Positions 48,653 through 57,461 of a DNA stretch of 64,000 nt are shown here, piece after piece. The notes under the pieces are model-generated. The model did no database searches. It was not told the DNA's origin and saw only the letters and a list, made by a program, of their open reading frames with translations. The translations under genes were made by a program, and so were the position numbers. This stretch comes from Candidatus Gottesmanbacteria bacterium (GTDB lineage: Bacteria > Patescibacteriota > Microgenomatia > UBA10105 > UBA927): contig CAVQFA010000003.1 of NCBI GenBank assembly GCA_963711735.1, positions 210,971 through 274,970 of the forward strand, read 5' to 3'. How positions within the stretch are numbered: the stretch's first letter is position 1; every line of letters begins with the position of its first letter.

Positions 48653-49693
48653 TTACAGAATGAGCATGGCGTCCCCGAAACTGTAGAAACGGTATCTCTT
48701 TTTTATTGCTTCCCCGTATGCACGAAGTACATTTTCCCGTCCGACATATGCTGAAACGAGAACGATGAGTGATGATTTAGGGAGATGGAAATTCGTGAGC
48801 ATTCCGTCAATTACCCGGAATGTGAATCCCGGAGTTATGTATGTGTTTATGTAACCGTCAAACACCTTTACACGTCCGTAGTTTTGTAACGCAACTCCTT
48901 CGAGTGTCCGCACGCTTGTTGTTCCGATTGCAATCACACGTCTGTTTTCGTGTTTCGCTTTATGTATTTCGTCCGCAGCTCCGTTTGAAATCGAAACCCA
49001 TTCGCTATGAAGCGTATGCCCGTCAATGTTTTGAGTTTTAATCGGCAGAAATGTTCCGAGTCCGACGTGGAGCGTAATTTCAACAATGTGCACGCCAAGA
49101 CGTGTCAGTTGTTTCCGGATGTTTGCCGTGAGATGAAATCCTGCAGTAGGTGCAGCAACCGATCCGACGATTTTTGCGTATGACGTTTGGTATAATTTTT
49201 CATCCGGTTCACTCTTGATATACGGAGGTACCGGCACATGACCATAACGGTTTGCAAGCGTGATTACATCGTCCCTCCCCATGTCAAATGTTGCATATGC
49301 GGTACCGTCAGGATGAGATTCTCTGATGCGTGCCTGAAAAGTGTCTGATATCCTGACGCACACACCTTTTTTCAGTTTTTTACCGGGTTTACCTAAAACC
49401 AGCCATGTATCTTTATCAACAGGGCGGACAAGAAATAGTTCAACATGTTTATTTTGCGGAGACGGTACGTCAATAGTCCCGAATAAACGCGCTTTAAATA
49501 CTTTGGTATTATTAAGGACAATACAATCACCTGATTTAAAAAACGACGGGAGATCGGAAACGTGAGCATGACGGATTTTACCGGTTGATTTCGAATACAC
49601 CAATAATCTGGCTGATTCCCGCGGGATTGCCGGAATCTGGGCAATACTATCAACAGGTAAATCATAATCAAACAGTGATACGGGTGTGCTCAT
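48653..49693 (-). CDS. queA: SAM:tRNA ribosyltransferase-isomerase
   Basis: FDYDLP, PPYIK, AAPTAGFH, TNFHLPKSSL, FYSFGDAM. Confidence 0.97.
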   Translation of the reverse strand: MSTPVSLFDYDLPVDSIAQIPAIPRESARLLVYSKSTGKIRHAHVSDLPSFFKSGDCIVLNNTKVFKARLFGTIDVPSPQNKHVELFLVRPVDKDTWLVLGKPGKKLKKGVCVRISDTFQARIRESHPDGTAYATFDMGRDDVITLANRYGHVPVPPYIKSEPDEKLYQTSYAKIVGSVAAPTAGFHLTANIRKQLTRLGVHIVEITLHVGLGTFLPIKTQNIDGHTLHSEWVSISNGAADEIHKAKHENRRVIAIGTTSVRTLEGVALQNYGRVKVFDGYINTYITPGFTFRVIDGMLTNFHLPKSSLIVLVSAYVGRENVLRAYGEAIKKRYRFYSFGDAMLIL

Positions 49694-49781
49694 GAAGTGC
49701 ATTATACCCTAGTTTTTATCAATTACAGTGTCATATTTTACTCAAAGACAGACCGGGTATTGTATCTGTATAATTAACCGT

Positions 49782-50525
49782 ATGAATGAATTATCTGCAA
49801 TTGTCCTATCAACCTTTATCGTAAGCCTGGGTTCTCTGGTGGGAATTGTTACTGTTGCCGTCAATACGGAAAAACTCAATAAAATACTGTTGTTTCTCGT
49901 TTCACTGTCAACGGGTGCGATGCTGGGAGGTGCGTTTTTCCATCTTTTACCGGAAGCATCGGAGATGTTGAAAGGGGATATGCTGTATGGGATAGTATTG
50001 TTTGCCTTTGTCCTTTTTTTCTTCATCGAAAAATTATTTCACTGGAGGCATTGTCATAAAGGAGAATGTGACGTGCACACATTCGGAGTTATGAATCTTG
50101 TGGGTGATTCAATCCATAACTTTGTTGACGGACTTATTCTGGCTGCGGCTTATTTGACAGATTTTCGTCTCGGACTTGTCACAACCCTTGCAATCGGGTT
50201 TCATGAAATTCCGCAGGAAATAGGTGACTTTGGTGTTCTTCTGTATGCCGGGTACACTAAAAAGAAAGCAATGATTCTGAATTTTCTTGTTGCGCTTACA
50301 GCAGTTTTAGGAGGTATTGTCGGGTTTTTTGCATCAGAGTCGGTAAGCGGATTTACACCATACCTTCTTCCGTTTGCAGCCGGTGGATTTATTTATGTGG
50401 CAGCATCCGATATGATGCCGGAGATACGCAAGGAAAAAAGCCTGAAAAAATCACTGATTTCTTTCGGTATAGTCATTGCCGGAATTATCCTCATGCTGAT
50501 GCTTCGGTTAGTAGGCGGTGAGTAA
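49782..50525 (+). CDS. ZIP family metal transporter
   Basis: HWRHCH loop, HNFVDG, HEIPQEIGDF. Confidence 0.95.
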   Translation: MNELSAIVLSTFIVSLGSLVGIVTVAVNTEKLNKILLFLVSLSTGAMLGGAFFHLLPEASEMLKGDMLYGIVLFAFVLFFFIEKLFHWRHCHKGECDVHTFGVMNLVGDSIHNFVDGLILAAAYLTDFRLGLVTTLAIGFHEIPQEIGDFGVLLYAGYTKKKAMILNFLVALTAVLGGIVGFFASESVSGFTPYLLPFAAGGFIYVAASDMMPEIRKEKSLKKSLISFGIVIAGIILMLMLRLVGGE

Positions 50526-50544
50526 ACATTCTTACGCTATACTA

Positions 50545-51399
50545 CTATTTCGTGAATAACAGATTTGTATACGTATTTTTTTCACAGAAACGCAAAATTC
50601 CTTCAGGTGTTATAGATTCAAGCTGTTTATCCTTTTCGTTTATTCTGAGTATGCGAAACCCATTCTGTTTTACGGTACGTAAAAATCCGTGCGGGGAACA
50701 TCCGCCCGCGGAAATTGCATCCGGTGAAAATTCGCAAAAAATGGTAAGGTGCTGTATGTGCTTTATGAAATGAGTCATACCTTTAAACGCCAGAGACTCT
50801 GCTCCTTCCATATCCATTTTTATAATCTGAGGTGTACGGTTTATTTTCACAAAAGTATCAATGGTAACAGTAGGGACCGTAATTGTTTTCCATTCTTGGT
50901 TGGGCGGACAGAGTGTGTGATTTCCTTTATGTTCACCGCATACATAAAATTTTGCAGTACCGTTTTTCTTTGATACTGCCATAGGAACAACAACGATATT
51001 CGGTATATTGTTTGAAGTGATATTTTTTTGGAGCAACCGTACGTTTTCCGGTTCCGGTTCAAATGCATACACACGTCCGCGTGTACCTACGAGAGACGAA
51101 AACAAAACCGTATAGTATCCGATATTTGCACCGATGTCATAGATGCACATTCCCGGTTTTACCATGCGCTTTACGACACTTGTCTCATATGGCTCAAGCA
51201 GAGAATATTTCCAGAGTAAACCGGCAACGAGTCTATCCGGAGTCCGGACATACATTTTTGCACCATGAATATTAAGGGGAATGTCATGATTAAAAAATGT
51301 CAGACGGTTAATTTGCCGTGCAACCATACGGAAATATTGCGAACCCGCAAGACGTCTCAAAAGTACCTGTTCGATAACGGAAGAAAGCATGGGTTTCAT
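50545..51399 (-). CDS. FkbM family methyltransferase
   Basis: YDIGANIGYY, AFEPEP, IKMDMEGAE. Confidence 0.9.
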   Translation of the reverse strand: MKPMLSSVIEQVLLRRLAGSQYFRMVARQINRLTFFNHDIPLNIHGAKMYVRTPDRLVAGLLWKYSLLEPYETSVVKRMVKPGMCIYDIGANIGYYTVLFSSLVGTRGRVYAFEPEPENVRLLQKNITSNNIPNIVVVPMAVSKKNGTAKFYVCGEHKGNHTLCPPNQEWKTITVPTVTIDTFVKINRTPQIIKMDMEGAESLAFKGMTHFIKHIQHLTIFCEFSPDAISAGGCSPHGFLRTVKQNGFRILRINEKDKQLESITPEGILRFCEKNTYTNLLFTK

Positions 51400-51408
51400 T
51401 TAAATAAT

Positions 51409-52839
51409 TCAGGAAAACTTCATTCGCCGTATTGCAAACCAAATCATTTTCAGGCACTGCCATCCGTGATAAAACCTGCTGATATTCGTCGTACCATAGA
51501 CCCGCGGATAATACCTAAGAGGTATTTCTATTATTTTCAGATTGGCAAGCGTTGATCCGAATATAAGATCAAAATCACCGAACGGATCGACGTCGTTCCA
51601 TCTTTTGGATGACAAAAGAGAGTGTATTTTTTCATACTCTTTTCTGAATAATGCTTTGGTACCGCAGAGAGTATCGGATATATGCTGATTTAATATCCAC
51701 GTAAACATCACACTGAAGAATTTATTACCGATTTTATTGACAAACCTCATAGAATCTTTTTCAAGCGGATACACAAGACGGGTTCCCTGAACGAATTCTC
51801 CTTTGCCTGTACGGAGGGCAAGATATACCTTAACTAAGTCTTCGGGTGTTATGGAAAGGTCAGCATCCAAAATCATAAGGATGTCACCGTGTGCTTTAGT
51901 GAACCCCTTGAGAACAGCATCTTTTTTACCGATTCCCGAACCCTGATCTATACACCGTATATGTATGCGGTTTTTATACTTTCGCATGACCCTTTCTATC
52001 TCAGTTTTTGTGTTGTCTTCAGAGTGACCCTCGACAAAAATCAGTTCCGTTGAGGATCCGAGTTTAGGCATTCTGCGAACGATATCTTCGATCGTCCCTT
52101 CTTCATTTCTTGCGGGTATGATGACGGAAACTGAGTATTCCGCATCTGTCGATATATTAGGTTTTTGCCGGATAACAAAGGAATGCAACAGACAAAGAGA
52201 TCTCACTACCGGAAGTTTTGAAATATATGTATTTAATAATGGTGAAAGTACCGGAATATACAAAGGAAATAAGACATGAGAATCTTCTTTAATGATTTCA
52301 AAATCCGCAAGATCAAGCAGGTTTCTGATATCAACGGGAGTCAGCCAGTTTTGAGGAGGTTGCGGCATTTTTAATTTCAAAAATTGAAGAAACGTAAATA
52401 TCGGTTCCCACAGATAGTTGTAGTGGGATATGATAATGCGCGTTTGTCCGTTTGAAACTTTTTTCAATTCCTCAAAGGCCTGCTGCACGTCCTCAAAATC
52501 ACCGATTATATCCGACATGACTATATACTCAAACGGTTCATTGAGAGGCATTTGCTGCGCATCTCCTGTGATGAATGCGTATTTCGGATGGCGCATGCGG
52601 GCAATGCGGGTCATGTTGGAGGATATATCAATACCCACGCCATGTCTTGGTAATAAGCCGGATAAGAGATCACCGATACCGGAGCCGACAGCAAGAACAT
52701 TCGCTTTATCCGGAACTAACCGGCGGAACAAGCGGAGCACTTCTTTGTGGTAATACCGGTTTTTTTCTGTCCACCCTGCTCTTTCGGACGCCACACCGTC
52801 ATAGAACAATTTTATTGTTTGAGTTTTACCGGAGATCAT
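51409..52839 (-). CDS. Methyltransferase-like domain fused to GT2 glycosyltransferase
   Basis: VGSGIG N-terminal domain; IIPARNEEG, DAD, DTLCGTK. Confidence 0.9.
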   Translation of the reverse strand: MISGKTQTIKLFYDGVASERAGWTEKNRYYHKEVLRLFRRLVPDKANVLAVGSGIGDLLSGLLPRHGVGIDISSNMTRIARMRHPKYAFITGDAQQMPLNEPFEYIVMSDIIGDFEDVQQAFEELKKVSNGQTRIIISHYNYLWEPIFTFLQFLKLKMPQPPQNWLTPVDIRNLLDLADFEIIKEDSHVLFPLYIPVLSPLLNTYISKLPVVRSLCLLHSFVIRQKPNISTDAEYSVSVIIPARNEEGTIEDIVRRMPKLGSSTELIFVEGHSEDNTKTEIERVMRKYKNRIHIRCIDQGSGIGKKDAVLKGFTKAHGDILMILDADLSITPEDLVKVYLALRTGKGEFVQGTRLVYPLEKDSMRFVNKIGNKFFSVMFTWILNQHISDTLCGTKALFRKEYEKIHSLLSSKRWNDVDPFGDFDLIFGSTLANLKIIEIPLRYYPRVYGTTNISRFYHGWQCLKMIWFAIRRMKFS

Positions 52840-53777
52840 AGAGACTTGGCATGTTTTTCATACCATACTATAGTACGCCTGAGTCCTTCCCGGAAACTGA
52901 TAAGGGGCTGAAAATTAATTTCTTTCTTTATCTTTGATATATCCAGGATGCGGCGTGGTTGTCCGTTGGGTTTACCGGTATCCCATACGATTTTTCCGTG
53001 GTAACCCATGTATTTTGCTATTGTTTCGGTAAGATTTTTTATAGAAATTTCCTGACCGCTTCCTACGTTAATGGGATCCGGCTTATCATATAATTTTGTT
53101 GCCCGTACAATTGCACGTGCGGCATCCTCTGCATAGATAAATTCCCTTGTGGGTGTACCGTCACCCCAGATGGTAACGCTTGGAGCGTTGGATTGTCTTG
53201 CTTCATACATTTTTCTGATAATCGCCGGTATAACATGGGACTCTTCCGGATTAAAATTATCACCAGGTCCGTACAGATTTACAAGGAGAAGGTAAATGGA
53301 ATGAAAATTGAACTGCCGTCGATATGCTTCTGATCCGACAAGAAGAATTTTTTTGGCAAGACCATACGGCGCATTTGTTTCTTCGGGGTACCCAAGCCAA
53401 AAGTTTTCTTCTTTAAACGGGATAGGAGTATATTTAGGGTATCCGCAAATGGTGCCTATGATGACAAGTTTCCCGACCTTGGCTTTCATAGATTCATGTA
53501 GTACGTTTATGCCCATTTTCAGATTATCGTAGAAAAGTGTAGCCGGATATTTCAGATTTTTCCCGATACCTCCGACATTTCCTGCTGCATGAATGACGAT
53601 ATCCGCACCTTTCAAGAGTTTCCGACATGAAAGTTCACTCCGAAGGTCGCATGTTTTTGACCTCGGGATCACGATATCCTGTTTTTTTGCTCCTGAGCGG
53701 ATAAGTTCGAGAATAATGTATTTTCCGAGAAATCCGCCGCCGCCGGTGACAATAATGCGTTTCCCTTTAAGATTCAT
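52836..53777 (-). CDS. fcl: GDP-L-fucose synthase
   Basis: TGGGGFLG, VGGI, YGLAK, NLYGP.DNF, SHVIPA. Confidence 0.92.
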   Translation of the reverse strand: MNLKGKRIIVTGGGGFLGKYIILELIRSGAKKQDIVIPRSKTCDLRSELSCRKLLKGADIVIHAAGNVGGIGKNLKYPATLFYDNLKMGINVLHESMKAKVGKLVIIGTICGYPKYTPIPFKEENFWLGYPEETNAPYGLAKKILLVGSEAYRRQFNFHSIYLLLVNLYGPGDNFNPEESHVIPAIIRKMYEARQSNAPSVTIWGDGTPTREFIYAEDAARAIVRATKLYDKPDPINVGSGQEISIKNLTETIAKYMGYHGKIVWDTGKPNGQPRRILDISKIKKEINFQPLISFREGLRRTIVWYEKHAKSL

Positions 53778-54016
53778 AGTTTGTAGTTGTGTATAGGCTG
53801 TATGTGTATCTCAAAAACGCTCATGAACAAAAGAGACGTTAATACCCACGTAACTTGAATTTGTATCTCAAGTTACTCAGTATATACCCAACTAATCAGC
53901 TTTTTCACTTAAGAAAGTTGCAAACCTGAGTAAGTTGGGTATATGTGCTGGTAGTATAATACATCCAACATAAGGTTGGTAATACACATGGAAGTTGTGT
54001 ATTACCGCCTTCTTCA

Positions 54017-55078
54017 ATGAAAAAAGCAATATTGTATAAAACTATAGAAAACAATACCGTCGGGTGTACAGCCTGCTCGTGGTACTGCAAAATAAAGGAC
54101 GGATCATTTGGTATCTGTAAAACCCGGACAAACAAAGCAGGCATTCTGTATTCTCTCGTTTACGGAAAAACTACCGGGCTTGCAATTGATCCGGTTGAAA
54201 AGAAACCTCTCTATCATTTTTTACCCGGAAGCAGATTTCTGTCTTTTGGGACAGTCGGATGTAATTTCGGGTGTCTGTTCTGCCAAAATGACTGGATGAC
54301 ACAGACGATTAAAGAAAAGTTTAAAAGCCATGGTTCTGAATTTACAATTGACAGATTAATTACGGAAATTGATGCCCATTCCAAAGCGATGCAACCGAAA
54401 GAAATAGTTGAAATTGCAATTCAAAACGGAGTAGATGGTATAGCATATACGTACAATGAGCCCGCCATATTTGCGGAATTTGCCCATGACACGGCAAAGT
54501 TAGCCAAAAAAAGAGGGCTGAAAAATATTTTTGTTTCCAACGGATACGAATCAAAGGAAACGTTTCTTTATATGAAAAATTATATAGACGCAATCAATAT
54601 TGATCTGAAAAGCAACAGACCCGAATTTTACCGAATCATATGCAAAGCAGATATTAAACCCGTGAAAGAGAACGTTGCGAGATGGTATAAAGAGGGAATA
54701 GAAACAGAAGTGACGACACTTATCATTCCCGGGCATAATGACAACGATGAAGAGCTAAGACAGATCGCTGAATTTCTCGTTTCCGTTTCTCCTCACATAC
54801 CATGGCATATATCAGCATTCCATCCGGCGTATAAAATGACGGATGTACCGCAAACTCCCTATAAAACACTTGAATCTGCTTATGCAACAGGAAAAAAGGC
54901 CGGTCTGCATTATGTATATGTAGGAAACGTTACGGATGACCGGTATTCGGATACAAAGTGTCCGACATGCGGCTCACTTCTTGTTGCACGAACCGGATAT
55001 AATACCGAGGTTATGAAATTGGATACACAAAATGCCGAGTGTAAAAATTGCAGGGAAAAAATATACGGTGTGTATTAA
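54017..55078 (+). CDS. amrS: AmmeMemoRadiSam radical SAM enzyme
   Basis: DPVEKKPLYHF, CNFGCLFCQN, YTYNEP. Confidence 0.92.
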   Translation: MKKAILYKTIENNTVGCTACSWYCKIKDGSFGICKTRTNKAGILYSLVYGKTTGLAIDPVEKKPLYHFLPGSRFLSFGTVGCNFGCLFCQNDWMTQTIKEKFKSHGSEFTIDRLITEIDAHSKAMQPKEIVEIAIQNGVDGIAYTYNEPAIFAEFAHDTAKLAKKRGLKNIFVSNGYESKETFLYMKNYIDAINIDLKSNRPEFYRIICKADIKPVKENVARWYKEGIETEVTTLIIPGHNDNDEELRQIAEFLVSVSPHIPWHISAFHPAYKMTDVPQTPYKTLESAYATGKKAGLHYVYVGNVTDDRYSDTKCPTCGSLLVARTGYNTEVMKLDTQNAECKNCREKIYGVY

Positions 55079-55089
55079 TTACTAGCACT

Positions 55090-55899
55090 ATGACTCATAC
55101 TCCACAAATCCGAAAACCGTCAGTTGCGGGAAGTTTTTATCCTGATATTCCGGACGAGCTTAACGGTATGTTGGAGACATTATTTACAAAAACCGGGAAC
55201 AAAACGAAAGGCAGAAAGGTGAAAGCGCTGATAGTTCCCCATGCAGGATATATCTATTCAGGACAAACGGCAGCCTGGGGGTATAAACAATTGCAGGTAA
55301 ACAATATTTACGAAACAAAAAAAGTCAGGCCGCATTTCGTACTCATAGGTCCGTCACATAATTATTATTTTAATAACATCGTTTCCAACAGTTTTGCATA
55401 TTGGGAAACACCGCTGGGAAAAATTACACACAGCATGACGGATACCCAAATGTTCCCGGCCAATAACGAAGCATTTATTCCGGAGCATTGTCTTGAAGTG
55501 CAGATACCGTTTTTGCAATACACCGTGAAAGATTTTTCGATTTCCTGTTTATTAACAGGAACAAACGTTAACAAAACAATCATTGCAGAGCAGCTCGCAC
55601 ACTATTATTCATCATCTGTTTTTATCATATCAACTGACCTTTCCCATTATCTGCCGGAGAGTGAAGCGCTCGTTATTGATAAAAAAACAATCAATGCTAT
55701 TCTCTCCGGAGACGGAGAATATTTTCAAACCTGCGATAACGCCGCTTGCGGGGGGAACGGAATCTGCATTCTTATGGAAATAGCAGAAAAAAATCAGTGG
55801 AAACCGGTGCTTCTGTATTACGATACATCGGCAACCGCTTCCGGAGACACGGAAAGAGCAGTAGGATACGCTGCGATAGTATATTTTGCAGATAACTAA
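55090..55899 (+). CDS. amrB: AmmeMemoRadiSam protein B (MEMO1 family)
   Basis: VAGSFYP, PHAGYIYSG, EHCLEVQ, STDLSHY. Confidence 0.92.
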   Translation: MTHTPQIRKPSVAGSFYPDIPDELNGMLETLFTKTGNKTKGRKVKALIVPHAGYIYSGQTAAWGYKQLQVNNIYETKKVRPHFVLIGPSHNYYFNNIVSNSFAYWETPLGKITHSMTDTQMFPANNEAFIPEHCLEVQIPFLQYTVKDFSISCLLTGTNVNKTIIAEQLAHYYSSSVFIISTDLSHYLPESEALVIDKKTINAILSGDGEYFQTCDNAACGGNGICILMEIAEKNQWKPVLLYYDTSATASGDTERAVGYAAIVYFADN

Positions 55900-55902
55900 A
55901 CT

Positions 55903-56436
55903 ATGAAATCTAATGAAGATATTGCGCTTGAGACAATACGGAATTTTCTGATAAACGGCAATACTCCCGTCTACAGTGAATCGGATTTTGATGAAAAACA
56001 AAAAAGAAAAAAGGCGTGTTTTGTGACGGTATATGTGGACGGTAAATTGCGCGGATGTATCGGAAATGCCGAGCCTGTCGGTCCGTTATGGAAATCGATA
56101 ACGGAGAATGCGGTTGCGGCAATAACATCCGATACGCGTTTTGACCAAATTACCAAGGAGGAGTTAGCCCGTTTAACAGTGGAAGTATCGGTGTTGTCTC
56201 CGATGATGCCGTTTAAACCAAAAAATTCAAAAGAACTCCTCTGGTATCTTCAGAGTAAAAAACCCGGCCTGGTAATTCAGAAAGGTTATAACAGGGCATT
56301 GTTTCTGCCTCAAGTCTGGGAACAGTTACCGAATGCAAAAAATTTCCTGGCAAACCTTTGCTTCAAAGCCGGTCTCCCGGATGATGCCTGGAAAGAAAAC
56401 GGAATGCACTTTATGACATTTGTGAAAGAAGAATAG
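55903..56436 (+). CDS. amrA: AmmeMemoRadiSam protein A (AMMECR1 family)
   Basis: CFVT, LRGCIG, FLPQVW, LCFKAG. Confidence 0.92.
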   Translation: MKSNEDIALETIRNFLINGNTPVYSESDFDEKQKRKKACFVTVYVDGKLRGCIGNAEPVGPLWKSITENAVAAITSDTRFDQITKEELARLTVEVSVLSPMMPFKPKNSKELLWYLQSKKPGLVIQKGYNRALFLPQVWEQLPNAKNFLANLCFKAGLPDDAWKENGMHFMTFVKEE

Positions 56437-56517
56437 TCATCTGATAATTATCCATGTACGTATAGATGTGTATATTTCTCCTCGTGAATAATTACTAATA
56501 CCCCGTATAATAAAGAT

Positions 56518-57459
56518 ATGCTTCTCTGGTTATCGATTTTTATTCTCTTTGTCATAATTCTTCTTATAGCAGCGGATATTTTTGTATCCACTACTGTCAG
56601 AATTTCTCACAGGCTCAGACTGTCGCCCCTGGTGATAGGAACGACGATTGTGGCAATCGGTACGTCTCTGCCTGAGCTTGCTGTTTCCGGTGTAGCCACG
56701 TTCCGCGGTGACAACGGGTTGGCAATCGGAAATATTATCGGATCAAATATTACCAATATATTTTTCATTCTGGCAGTGGGAATACTGATTGGTTCCATCA
56801 GGATCGGAACGACCAAAACCCAGAAAAATACATTGATTTTACTGATTGCTTCTATGTTGTTTTTTATCGTCGGGCGGATTTTACCGTATCCTATAACGGG
56901 TATTCTCATGGTTGGACTTGCGGTTTTTTTTACTTATGAAGAATACCGTTGGGGTGTAGAAGGAAGACTCCATGAAGATCATGCCCGCCTTTTGAAACGT
57001 CATATTGAACAACCAATGAATTTTATATTCTGGATTAAATTCACAGCATCTCTTTTGGGTATTATTGCCGGGGGAATTGCTGTTGTTTTTGCGAGTGAAC
57101 GTATATCCAGACTAAGCGGATTATCCATGACAATTTTAGGTCTCAGTCTGACAGCGCTAGCTACATCATTGCCTGAATTATTTACAACAATTGTCAGCAG
57201 CATAAAAAAAGAAGATAAAATGGTTATCGGTAATATACTCGGCAGTAACATTTATAATCTTCTGTTTATCGGCGGATTGGTGGATATAACCGCCGGCTCA
57301 TATGTCATAACCGCAAAAGAATGGTTCATCTTTATTGTTTCCTCTCTGTTTCTTCTTATCGTTGTTACATGCTGGCGCGGAAAAGTGGTCCCGAAATGGG
57401 CAGGATGTATATTACTGATTTTTTATATTCTGTATCTTTATATGATTAATTTGTCATAA
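56518..57459 (+). CDS. Ca2+/Na+ antiporter (YrbG family)
   Basis: Two alpha repeats GTSLPE...GN.IGSNI. Confidence 0.92.
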   Translation: MLLWLSIFILFVIILLIAADIFVSTTVRISHRLRLSPLVIGTTIVAIGTSLPELAVSGVATFRGDNGLAIGNIIGSNITNIFFILAVGILIGSIRIGTTKTQKNTLILLIASMLFFIVGRILPYPITGILMVGLAVFFTYEEYRWGVEGRLHEDHARLLKRHIEQPMNFIFWIKFTASLLGIIAGGIAVVFASERISRLSGLSMTILGLSLTALATSLPELFTTIVSSIKKEDKMVIGNILGSNIYNLLFIGGLVDITAGSYVITAKEWFIFIVSSLFLLIVVTCWRGKVVPKWAGCILLIFYILYLYMINLS

Positions 57460-57461
57460 TT

